Part shown: piece by piece, positions 17,057 to 25,029 of the stretch
How the letters are laid out: each line of letters begins with the position of its first letter
Position numbering within the stretch: position 1 is the stretch's first letter
Source: Cupriavidus necator
GTDB taxonomy: Bacteria; Pseudomonadota; Gammaproteobacteria; Burkholderiales; Burkholderiaceae
Assembly (NCBI RefSeq): GCF_016127575.1
Contig: NZ_CP066019.1
Span: 2,040,001 to 2,072,000, forward strand
DNA length: 32,000 nucleotides
Reading direction: 5' to 3'
Notes under the pieces: model-generated
Seen by the model: only the letters and a program-made list of their open reading frames with translations
The model's database searches: none
What the model was told of the DNA's origin: nothing
Translations under genes and position numbers: made by a program

Positions 17057-17359
17057 ATGATCCAGATCACCTTCCTCACCAACCACGGCAAGACGGTCAG
17101 CGCGCCCGTCAACAGCAATCTGCTGCGCGTGTCGCTGCGCGAGCAGGGCGGCATCCCTTTCAAGTGCGGGGGCGGCCTGTGCGGCACCTGCAAATGCCGC
17201 ATCGAAAAGGGCCACGAGCATACAGACGCGGTCAAGCCGAAGGAAAAGAAACTGCTGACCGAGGAGGAGCTGGCGACGGGGTTCCGGCTGGCCTGCCAGA
17301 CTTTTATCGATGGGGATATCGCGGTGTCATGGCAGCCCAGGGAGACGATGCGCGGGTGA
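17057..17359 (+). CDS. [2Fe-2S] ferredoxin (100 aa), paralog of 16364..16705
   Basis: CGGGLCGTCKC ... RLACQ and KEKK motif, with the same C-x4-C-x2-C-x-C ... C spacing as the first copy. Confidence 0.85.
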   Translation: MIQITFLTNHGKTVSAPVNSNLLRVSLREQGGIPFKCGGGLCGTCKCRIEKGHEHTDAVKPKEKKLLTEEELATGFRLACQTFIDGDIAVSWQPRETMRG

Positions 17360-17445
17360 GCGGGCGCTGAGGAGCGGCTGAAAGAATACCGCGCGGGGCA
17401 GGCGGGTGCGCCTTCGCGCAGCGTTTCCGAACGCTAGTCTTGCCG

Positions 17446-19167
17446 CTACCGCCGCCTCGCCCCCACCAGACCCGCCACCTCATCCAGCATCGCCATGTCC
17501 ACCGGCTGCGACAGGTCCAGCGCCAGCGTGTGCCGGTAGTAGGGGCTCAAGTCCAGCCCTACCCCCAGCCCCAGCACTTCCACATCCCGCAGCGCCTCAT
17601 GCCGCGCCACCACGGCCTTCAGGTGGTTGTCGAGGTAGCAGGCGTCGTTGGCCTGCCCGGTCGCGGTATCCATGGGACTGCCGTCGGACACCACCACCAG
17701 GATGCGGCGCGCCTTGCCGCTGGCGTGCAGCCGCGCGCAGGCCCACTCCACCGCCTCGCCGTCCACGCCTTCGCGGAACAGGTCGGCCTTGAGCAGTGCG
17801 GCGATGTCGGTGCGCGCGCGCCGCCAGCTTCGCTGCGCGTCCTTGAACACCATATGGCAGGTCTCGTTGAGCCGGCCAGGGTGCTGCGGGCGGCCGCGCG
17901 CGAGCCAGTCGGCGCGGGCGCGGCCGCCGTTCCAGGCGTTGGTGGTGAAGCCGAGCACCTCGGTGGCCACGCCGGCCTGGTCGAGTGCGCGCGTGAGCAT
18001 GTCGATCAGCAGCGTGAGCGGCTCGGCCTGCGCCTTCATCGAGCCGGAGCAGTCGATCAGGAAGCCGACCACGCAGTCGGCATGAGCCTTGTGCGCTTCC
18101 AGGCGGAAGAGCCGGCGCTCGGAGGGGGAGCAGACCAGCTGCGCCAGGCGGCGGCCGTCGATACGGCCGCTTTCCTCGCCGAAGGACCAGCCGTCCACGC
18201 GCGGCTGCGACAGCGCGGCGCGCAGCCGGCGCGCCAGCCGGGCGATGTTCACGCCCGCGCGCGCGATGCGTGCGTCAAGCCGCGTGCGGTACTCGTCCAG
18301 CAAGGCGCGGCGCACCAGCGTGGCGGCGCGCACTTCGCGGTCGTAGCGGGTGGTGAAGACGCGGTAGCCGTCGGTGGCGTCGGCCAGCACGCGGCTGTGG
18401 CCGCTGTCGGCCAGTGCAAAGTCTTCCGCAGGCGGTTCGTCGAAATCCAGCCACAGCGCAAACCCGGCGCGCGCAGCCGAGGCTGCGTTGTCGTCGTCTT
18501 CGCCGGCAAGCGGGGCTTCGGTACGGATCATCTGCGCCACCGCGCGCGCCAGCGCCAGTGCGTACGCGGCGTAGGCGGCCTGGTCGTGGCGTTGCGCGCG
18601 CAGGCCGGCCAGCGCGGTGCCGAGCACCGGCACGATGGCGGCGCGCGTGGCTTCGATCAGGTCTTCGGTCTCTTCCAGCACCGGCTCACCCGTCAGGCGC
18701 GACCACGACACCTGCGCCACGGTATAGAGCAGGATGCCGAGATGCCCCTCGGTCAGCCCGGAGCGATGGAAGGCCCGCGACCACGCCATGAAGCGGTGGC
18801 GCAGGTTGGCCGCCACGCCGGCCATGCCGCGCGGCAGGCGGGTCTCGCAACGCAGCTGCTCAAGCAGTTCGAAGACCAGGCGCTCGACCGCATCTGCCGG
18901 GCACAGCTGCCGATGCAGCGCGGCGTCGGAATGCGCCTGGCGCAGGGCGGCACCATCGGCCGCGCCGCGCAGGCAGGTGGCCGTGTCAGTTTCCAGGTCC
19001 GTGCGCAAGTGCGGCGCATGCTGCGGCACCGGGCGCATCGCGCGCCAGAGCTGGCCGTCGCGGAAATGCAGCGCCGCATCGCCAGTGATCGCGCGCACCG
19101 CGGCACCGGACAGCTCATCCTGCCGCTGGCGCCGGCGCAACTGCTGCGCGACCGTGGCCGCACTCAT
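17446..19167 (-). CDS. cobT: CobT-like vWA-domain protein (aerobic cobaltochelatase CobT family)
   Basis: 573 aa from MSAATVAQQL. Its ATG overlaps the cobS stop (ATGA at 19164-19167). MIDAS motif DCSGSM, and VVSDGSPMD...YLDNHLKAVV typical of CobT. The listed ORF extends to 19272. Confidence 0.8.
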   Translation of the reverse strand: MSAATVAQQLRRRQRQDELSGAAVRAITGDAALHFRDGQLWRAMRPVPQHAPHLRTDLETDTATCLRGAADGAALRQAHSDAALHRQLCPADAVERLVFELLEQLRCETRLPRGMAGVAANLRHRFMAWSRAFHRSGLTEGHLGILLYTVAQVSWSRLTGEPVLEETEDLIEATRAAIVPVLGTALAGLRAQRHDQAAYAAYALALARAVAQMIRTEAPLAGEDDDNAASAARAGFALWLDFDEPPAEDFALADSGHSRVLADATDGYRVFTTRYDREVRAATLVRRALLDEYRTRLDARIARAGVNIARLARRLRAALSQPRVDGWSFGEESGRIDGRRLAQLVCSPSERRLFRLEAHKAHADCVVGFLIDCSGSMKAQAEPLTLLIDMLTRALDQAGVATEVLGFTTNAWNGGRARADWLARGRPQHPGRLNETCHMVFKDAQRSWRRARTDIAALLKADLFREGVDGEAVEWACARLHASGKARRILVVVSDGSPMDTATGQANDACYLDNHLKAVVARHEALRDVEVLGLGVGLDLSPYYRHTLALDLSQPVDMAMLDEVAGLVGARRR

Positions 19168-20180
19168 CGCGCGGGCTCCGACTCGGAGCTGACGCCGGCG
19201 GCTTCGCCCGGCAGGTGGCCAAAGCAACGCTGGTAGTACTCGGCCACCACCGGCCGCTCGGCTTCGTCGCACTTGTTCAGGAAGGTCAGCCGGAAGGCGA
19301 GCGCGGGGTCGCGGAAGATCTGGCAGTTCTCGGCCCAGCTGATCACCGTGCGCGGCGACATCAGCGCCGACACATCGCCGGCGGCAAACCCGCGGCGCGT
19401 GAGCCCGGCCAGCGCCACCATCGCATCGGCCAGCGCGCGCCCGGCGTCGTGGTCCAGCTCCGGCACGCGCGCCAGCACGATGCCGGCCTCCTCTTCATGC
19501 GGCAGGTAGTCCAGCGTGGCGACCACGTTCCAGCGGTCGATCTGCGCGTGGTTGAGCAGCTGGGTGCCGTGGTAGAGGCCGTTGACGTTGCCCAGGCCGA
19601 CGGTATTGGAGGTCGCAAACAAACGGAAAGACGGATGCGGGCGGATCACGCGGTTCTGGTCCAGCAGCGTGAACTTGCCGTCGCGCTCCAGGATGCGCTG
19701 GATCACGAACATCACATCAGGCCGGCCTGCGTCGTATTCGTCGAAGATCAGCGCCACCGGGCGCTGCAGCGCCCACGGCACGATGCCTTCCTGGAATTCG
19801 GTGACCTGGCGCCCGTCGCGGATAACGATGGCGTCCTTGCCGACCAGGTCCAGCCGGCTGATATGCCCGTCCAGGTTGACGCGCACGCAAGGCCAGTTCA
19901 GCCGCGCGGCGACTTGCTCGATATGGGTCGACTTGCCGCTGCCGTGCAGGCCCTGCACCATCACGCGCCGGTCGCGCATGAAGCCGGACAGGATTGCCAG
20001 CGTCACCTCGGGCTGGAAGCGGTAGGCCGGATCGATCTCCGGCACGTGGTCGTCGCGCTGGCTGAAGGCCGGCACCATCAGGCCGGAATCGATGCCGAAC
20101 GCGCTGCGCACCGGAATCATCCGGTCCGGCTTGCCAAACTGGTCTTGCGTCACCTCATGCTCCTTGTTGCTTGCTGCCAT
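19164..20180 (-). CDS. cobS: CobS-like AAA+ ATPase (aerobic cobaltochelatase CobS / MoxR-related)
   Basis: 338 aa. VMVQGLHGSGKSTHIEQVAARLNWPCVRVNLDGHISRLDLVGKD closely matches the conserved CobS core. Walker B LIFDEYD. Confidence 0.88.
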   Translation of the reverse strand: MAASNKEHEVTQDQFGKPDRMIPVRSAFGIDSGLMVPAFSQRDDHVPEIDPAYRFQPEVTLAILSGFMRDRRVMVQGLHGSGKSTHIEQVAARLNWPCVRVNLDGHISRLDLVGKDAIVIRDGRQVTEFQEGIVPWALQRPVALIFDEYDAGRPDVMFVIQRILERDGKFTLLDQNRVIRPHPSFRLFATSNTVGLGNVNGLYHGTQLLNHAQIDRWNVVATLDYLPHEEEAGIVLARVPELDHDAGRALADAMVALAGLTRRGFAAGDVSALMSPRTVISWAENCQIFRDPALAFRLTFLNKCDEAERPVVAEYYQRCFGHLPGEAAGVSSESEPAR

Positions 20181-20228
20181 GCCATCGGCACTGCGGCAAG
20201 CGGAGCAATCCGCGTGACGCCGTGCGCG

Positions 20229-21074
20229 CTATTCGTCCTCTTCCGCGCCGCCCTGCCAGCTGCCGGCGCTGTCGGCCTCGATCGCCGCCAGCGCGCCCGC
20301 CGCACGCTGCAGCGCGGGCAGCAATTGCAGCACCTTGTCGCGCGTCACGCGCATCACCGGGGCCTGCAGCGCCAGCCCAAGGTTGGACTTGCCGCCGTCC
20401 ACGGCCGGCACCAGCACGCCGATGCAGACCAGCCCCGGCAGGAACTCTTCATCGTCCATCGCGTAGCCGTCGCGCTTCACGCGCTCCAGTTCGGCTTCCA
20501 GCTGCGCGTGGTCGGTCAGCGTGTTCTGCGTGTAGCGTTCCAGCTCAACGTTGGCCAGCAGCCGCTGGCGCTGCGCCGGCGCCAGCTGCGCCAGGAACAG
20601 CTTGCCCGTGGCTGAGCAGTGCGCGGGCACGCGCGAGCCCGGATGCAGGTAGAAGCGCAGCGGCGCCGCCGTTTCCACGCGGTCCAGGTACAGCACCTCG
20701 CCGCCGGAGAACGCGGTCAGGTTGCAGCTCTCGCCCACCTCTTCCACCAGCCGGCGCAGCACCATGTGGCGCGCACCGTGCGAGGTGCTGTTGAGCAACA
20801 GGTTCTCCGCCAGCCGGCGCAGCCGCAGGCCGGTGCCGTATTGCCGCCCGTCGCCGTTGCGCTGGATCAGGCCCGCCGCCTCCAGCTGCTGCAGCATGCG
20901 GTGCAGCGTGGGCTTGGGCAGTCCGGTTTCTTCCACCAGCGCCTGCAGGTTGAAGGACTGGTCCTTCTCCGCGATGACTTCGAGCAGGCCGAACAAACGC
21001 AGTGCCGGCGTGTCTCCATCCGGCTTGGCGTCACTTTTGGCGAGGCGCATATCGTTCATGCCTGGCTCCATCAT
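20229..21074 (-). CDS. IclR-family transcriptional regulator
   Basis: wHTH LRLFGLLEVIAEKDQSFNLQALVEETGLPKPTLHRMLQQLEAAGLI plus a C-terminal effector domain. ATG 21059 has a better SD (GGAG-N6) than the first ATG at 21074. Confidence 0.85.
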   Translation of the reverse strand: MMEPGMNDMRLAKSDAKPDGDTPALRLFGLLEVIAEKDQSFNLQALVEETGLPKPTLHRMLQQLEAAGLIQRNGDGRQYGTGLRLRRLAENLLLNSTSHGARHMVLRRLVEEVGESCNLTAFSGGEVLYLDRVETAAPLRFYLHPGSRVPAHCSATGKLFLAQLAPAQRQRLLANVELERYTQNTLTDHAQLEAELERVKRDGYAMDDEEFLPGLVCIGVLVPAVDGGKSNLGLALQAPVMRVTRDKVLQLLPALQRAAGALAAIEADSAGSWQGGAEEDE

Positions 21075-21106
21075 AGGTAAGTTTCATTTTCAGAGTCAAA
21101 TCATAT

Positions 21107-21130
21107 CAATTATCGAAACTTCTGGTTGAC
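21107..21130. promoter_or_regulatory. Box 2a CAATTATCGAAACTTCTGGTTGAC, 33-56 nt upstream of iclR
   Basis: Shares the exact 11-mer AACTTCTGGTT (21117-21127) with box 2b (21178-21188) and the CAATT...CG(G/A)AAC left flank. Confidence 0.4.
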
Positions 21131-21166
21131 CTTCCCCTGCGAACGGCCTACATTCCAGTGAAAGAA

Positions 21167-21192
21167 CAATTTTTCGGAACTTCTGGTTCCAG
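21167..21192. promoter_or_regulatory. Box 2b CAATTTTTCGGAAC-TTCTG-GTTCCAG (GGAAC-N5-GTTCC at 21176-21190)
   Basis: Perfect 5+5 inverted repeat. 21 of 26 positions are identical to the box at 669-694 upstream of xsc. Confidence 0.45.
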
Positions 21193-21393
21193 TTTTTAAG
21201 CGATCACCGGAGACAAGTCGACATGTACGGATAGGCCATCCCTCCCCGGGATTGCAAATACTGAACGACCACGGCCCCAGGCTGGCAATTACTGCCCTGC
21301 CATCTATACCGAAGAGAAGCCGTGGCGCCTGCCTTAAACGCTGTACTGGCTGCAACGCAGTACCGACAGCTAGCGCAGCACAGGAGACACAAC

Positions 21394-22830
21394 ATGATCC
21401 AACAACCAGAGTCCGGCAACGGGCTATCCCACGGCCTGAAGCAACGCCACATGACCATGATCGCGCTGGGTGGCGTGATCGGCGCAGGCCTCTTTGTCGG
21501 CAGCGGCGTCGTCATCAAGTCCGCCGGCCCGGCCGCGGTCCTTTCCTTCCTGATCACCGGCCTGCTGGTGGTGCTGGTGATGCGCATGCTGGGCGAGATG
21601 GCCTGCGCCATGCCCGGCACCGGCGGTTTCTATGAGTATGCGCGCGAAGCCTGGCGCGACCGCCCGGCGGTGGGCAACCTGGCCGGCTTCCTGACCGGCT
21701 GGATGTACTGGTACTTCTGGGTCATCGTGGTGGCGCTGGAAGCCGTGGCCGGTGCCGACCTGGTGCGCTACTGGCTGCCCGACGTGCCCAACTGGATCAT
21801 CAGCCTGGTGCTGCTGGTGATGCTGACGCTGACCAACCTGGTGTCGGTCAAGTCCTTCGGCGAGTTCGAGTTCTGGTTCGCGTCGATCAAGGTGGCCGCG
21901 ATCATCGTGTTCCTGTTCGTCGCCGGCGTCTATGTGCTGGGCCTGGCGCCCGGTGCCCATGGCATGCAGGTGGCCAACCTGACCGCCAACGGCGGCTTCA
22001 TGCCGCACGGCATCGTACCGGTGCTGACCGGAGCGGTAGCCGCCACGGGCTTCTACTTCGGGGCCGAGATCGTCACCATCGCCGCCGCCGAGACCGCCGA
22101 GCCGCAGAAGGCAGTGGCCAAGGCCACCAGCTCGGTGATCACGCGCGTGCTGGTTTTCTATGTGGGTTCGATCCTGCTGGTGGTCTGCCTGGTACCGTGG
22201 AACTCCAACAGCATCGCCACGCCGTACGTCAGCGCGCTGAACGTGATGGGCGTGCCGGCGGCCGCGCAGATCATGAACGCGATCGTGCTGACCGCGGTGC
22301 TGTCGGCGCTTAACTCGGGCCTCTATGCCTCGTCGCGCATGCTGTTCGCGCTGACCCGCCGTGGCGACGCCCCCAAGTCGCTGGCCCGCGTGAGCCGCAA
22401 CGGCGTGCCGGTGCGCGCCATCCTGGTGGCGACCCTGTTCGGCTACGGTGCGGTGGTGATGTCCTATGTCTCGCCTGATACGGTGTTTGCCTTCCTGGTG
22501 AACTCGTACGGCACGGTGGCGATCTTCGTCTACATCCTGATCGCGATCTCGCAGCTGCGCCTGCGTTCCCGCCTGGAGCGCGAAGCGCCGGGCCAGCTGC
22601 GCGTGCGCATGTGGTGCTACCCGTACCTCACCTACCTGGCGATCGTCGGCATGATCGGCATCGTGGTGGCGATGGCCTTCATCCCCGACCAGCGCACGCC
22701 GCTTGCGCTGGGTGTGGTGAGCCTGGGCATCCTGCTGGTGGCCTACGCCGCGCGGCACCTGTTTCGCGGTAGCGTGGATCCGGTAGTGCCGCTGGCGGAG
22801 ATGCCGCGCCCGGACCTGCATGAGTATTGA
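21394..22830 (+). CDS. APC-superfamily amino acid permease, GabP-like
   Basis: 478 aa from MIQQPESG (AGGAGA RBS at 21382-21387). LKQRHMTMIALGGVIGAGLFVGSG and VLVMRMLGEMA motifs. The listed ORF starts at 21322. Confidence 0.9.
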   Translation: MIQQPESGNGLSHGLKQRHMTMIALGGVIGAGLFVGSGVVIKSAGPAAVLSFLITGLLVVLVMRMLGEMACAMPGTGGFYEYAREAWRDRPAVGNLAGFLTGWMYWYFWVIVVALEAVAGADLVRYWLPDVPNWIISLVLLVMLTLTNLVSVKSFGEFEFWFASIKVAAIIVFLFVAGVYVLGLAPGAHGMQVANLTANGGFMPHGIVPVLTGAVAATGFYFGAEIVTIAAAETAEPQKAVAKATSSVITRVLVFYVGSILLVVCLVPWNSNSIATPYVSALNVMGVPAAAQIMNAIVLTAVLSALNSGLYASSRMLFALTRRGDAPKSLARVSRNGVPVRAILVATLFGYGAVVMSYVSPDTVFAFLVNSYGTVAIFVYILIAISQLRLRSRLEREAPGQLRVRMWCYPYLTYLAIVGMIGIVVAMAFIPDQRTPLALGVVSLGILLVAYAARHLFRGSVDPVVPLAEMPRPDLHEY

Positions 22831-22906
22831 TGACTGACCATGACTGACGTGGCGCGCCGGTGCGGTATGCTGGCGCGCTTCGCCGTCTAGGCAACGCCCC
22901 TGCCCC

Positions 22907-24469
22907 ATGAGCCTGAAGTCTCCCACCACCCTCTGGTCCCAGCTGTTCCAGCAGCATGCCCACTCGGGCCTGAGCCTGCAGGGCAAGATCCGCCAGATGC
23001 TGGTCTCGGCCATCCTTGACGAGCAGCTGCCGCAGGGCGAGCCGCTGCCCAGCAGCCGCGAGCTGTCGGCGCAACTGCGCGTGGCGCGCAACACGGTGGT
23101 ACTGGCCTACCAGCAGCTGGTCGATGAAGGCTACCTGGTGGCGCGCGAGCGCAGCGGCTACTTCGTCAACCCGGAGATCCTGGGCACGCGCGTGAGCGGC
23201 GTGGCCTCGCTGCGCGGCGAGGCGGTGCCCGCCCGCTCAGGCGAGCCGGACTGGGAGCGGCGCTTTGTGTTCCGCCCCACGCAGCAGCGCAATATCGTCA
23301 AGCGCGCCAACTGGCGCGACTACCCCTATCCCTTCATCTACGGCCAGTACGACCCGGTGCTGTTCCCCACGGCGGACTGGCGAGAATGCTGCCTGAAGGC
23401 GCTCAGCGTGCTCGACATCCACGACTGGGCCCAGGACATGATCCTGCGCGACGACGAATCGCTGGTGCAGCAGATCCGCACCCGCGTGCTGCCGCGCCGC
23501 GGCGTGTGGGCCGGCGCCGACGAGATCGTGGTGACCGTGGGCGCGCAGCAGGCGCTGTACCTGCTGGCCGACCTGCTGGTCAGCCCCGACACGCCGGTGG
23601 GGATCGAGGACCCCGGCTATCCGGACGCACGCAATATCTTTGGCTCGCACACCTCCCACCTGGTGCCGCTGCCGGTCGACGGCGACGGCCTGACCCTGTC
23701 TGACGCGCAACGCGCCTGCGACTACGTCTACGTGACCCCGGGCCACCAGTGCCCCACCACCGTCACCATGCCGCTGGCGCGCCGCCAGGCCCTGCTGCGC
23801 CAGGCCGAGGAAGCTGACTTCGTGCTGATCGAGGACGACTACGAAAGCGAAAGCCGCTTCGAAGGCGACCCCACCCCCACGCTCAAGAGCCTGGACCGCA
23901 GCAACCGCGTGATCTATGTCGGCAGCCTGTCCAAGAGCCTGGCGCCGGGGCTGCGCATCGGCTATATCGTCGGGCCGGCGGCACTGATCGCCGAGCTGCG
24001 CGGCGCGCGGCGGCTGATGCTTCGGCATCCGTCGGCGTATATCCAGCGCGCGTTCTCGCTGTTCCTGTCGCTGGGCCACTATGACGCGCACCTGCGCCGG
24101 CTGGCGGCCGCGCACCGCGAGCGCGCCGAAGCCGTGCTGGCGGCACTGGCCACGCATATGCCTGACTTCCGCGCGGTGCCGATCGCCGGCGGCGCCTCAT
24201 GCTGGATCGAGGGGCCGTCCTGGCTCGATGCCGATGCGCTGGCGCGGCTGGCCGAGTTGCAGGGCGTGCTGATAGAGCCCGGCAGCGTCTTCTTCATGGC
24301 CGAGCCCGCGCCGCGCAATGGCTTCCGGCTCGGATACTCGTCGATCTCGCTGGACCGCATCGAGCCCGGCATCCGCGTGCTGGCGGGCGTGGCGCGTGAG
24401 CTGCAGGCCACCGCCAGCGGCGCCACAACCATCGCCGCCGTCACTTCCCGGGTCCGTCCCGCGGCCTGA
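22907..24469 (+). CDS. MocR/GabR-type regulator (GntR wHTH fused to a fold-type I aminotransferase-like domain)
   Basis: 520 aa. PSSRELSAQLRVARNTVVLAYQQLVDEGYL at the N-terminus, and YVGSLSKSLAPGLRIGY (PLP-lysine region) in the C-terminal domain. Confidence 0.9.
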   Translation: MSLKSPTTLWSQLFQQHAHSGLSLQGKIRQMLVSAILDEQLPQGEPLPSSRELSAQLRVARNTVVLAYQQLVDEGYLVARERSGYFVNPEILGTRVSGVASLRGEAVPARSGEPDWERRFVFRPTQQRNIVKRANWRDYPYPFIYGQYDPVLFPTADWRECCLKALSVLDIHDWAQDMILRDDESLVQQIRTRVLPRRGVWAGADEIVVTVGAQQALYLLADLLVSPDTPVGIEDPGYPDARNIFGSHTSHLVPLPVDGDGLTLSDAQRACDYVYVTPGHQCPTTVTMPLARRQALLRQAEEADFVLIEDDYESESRFEGDPTPTLKSLDRSNRVIYVGSLSKSLAPGLRIGYIVGPAALIAELRGARRLMLRHPSAYIQRAFSLFLSLGHYDAHLRRLAAAHRERAEAVLAALATHMPDFRAVPIAGGASCWIEGPSWLDADALARLAELQGVLIEPGSVFFMAEPAPRNGFRLGYSSISLDRIEPGIRVLAGVARELQATASGATTIAAVTSRVRPAA

Positions 24470-24609
24470 GCCGGCCCGCGGCGGTGTCTGCCGCCGCTGG
24501 CCCAAGCGATTGTCCCGAACTGGCGCTACAGCGCCGCGCGCGGCTTCCCTATCCTCGAGTCATGGCCGGTTCCCCACGGACCGGCAGACAACACTCAGGA
24601 GACCAACCC

Positions 24610-25014
24610 ATGTCCAAGGACAACACCGCCGCCGGCATCGAACTGCTGCAGGCCTTCAACGACGCCTGGAACCGCCACGACATCGAGGCCCTGATGGGCT
24701 TCATGGCCGATGACTGCGCCTTCCACGGCGTGGCCGGGCCCGAGCTGCTGGGCCGCAGCTTTATCGGCCGCGACGCGGTGCGCGAAGGCTTCCAGCTGGC
24801 CTGGCAGACTTTCCCCGACGCGCAGTGGGTCGATGGCGACCACTTTGTCGTGGGCGACCGCGGCGTGAGCGAATCCACCTTCCGCGGCACCCGTGCCGAC
24901 GGCGCCCGCATCGAGGCGCGCATGGTGGACGTCTTCACCTTCCGCGACGGCAAGATCGCGGTCAAGAACGCGTACCGCAAGGATCGCCCGCCCGTCGTAG
25001 CGCCCGCAGCCTGA
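24610..25014 (+). CDS. SnoaL/NTF2-like fold protein
   Basis: 134 aa from MSKDNTAAGIELLQAFNDAWNRHDIEAL (AGGAGA RBS). The listed ORF starts at 24484. Confidence 0.7.
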   Translation: MSKDNTAAGIELLQAFNDAWNRHDIEALMGFMADDCAFHGVAGPELLGRSFIGRDAVREGFQLAWQTFPDAQWVDGDHFVVGDRGVSESTFRGTRADGARIEARMVDVFTFRDGKIAVKNAYRKDRPPVVAPAA

Positions 25015-25029
25015 CCGAGGAGACGCGCC

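Noticed and set aside
17405-17436. Two short hairpins (TGCGC-CTTC-GCGCA and AGCGTT-TCCG-AACGCT) between the convergent ferredoxin and cobT genes.
   Set aside because: The stems are only 5-6 bp with no U-tract. They might help termination but are too weak to call.
17446-19272. CobT ORF overlapping cobS by 109 nt.
   Set aside because: The internal ATG at 19167 gives the common ATGA stop/start overlap with cobS. The extra 35 residues are Arg-rich and unconvincing.
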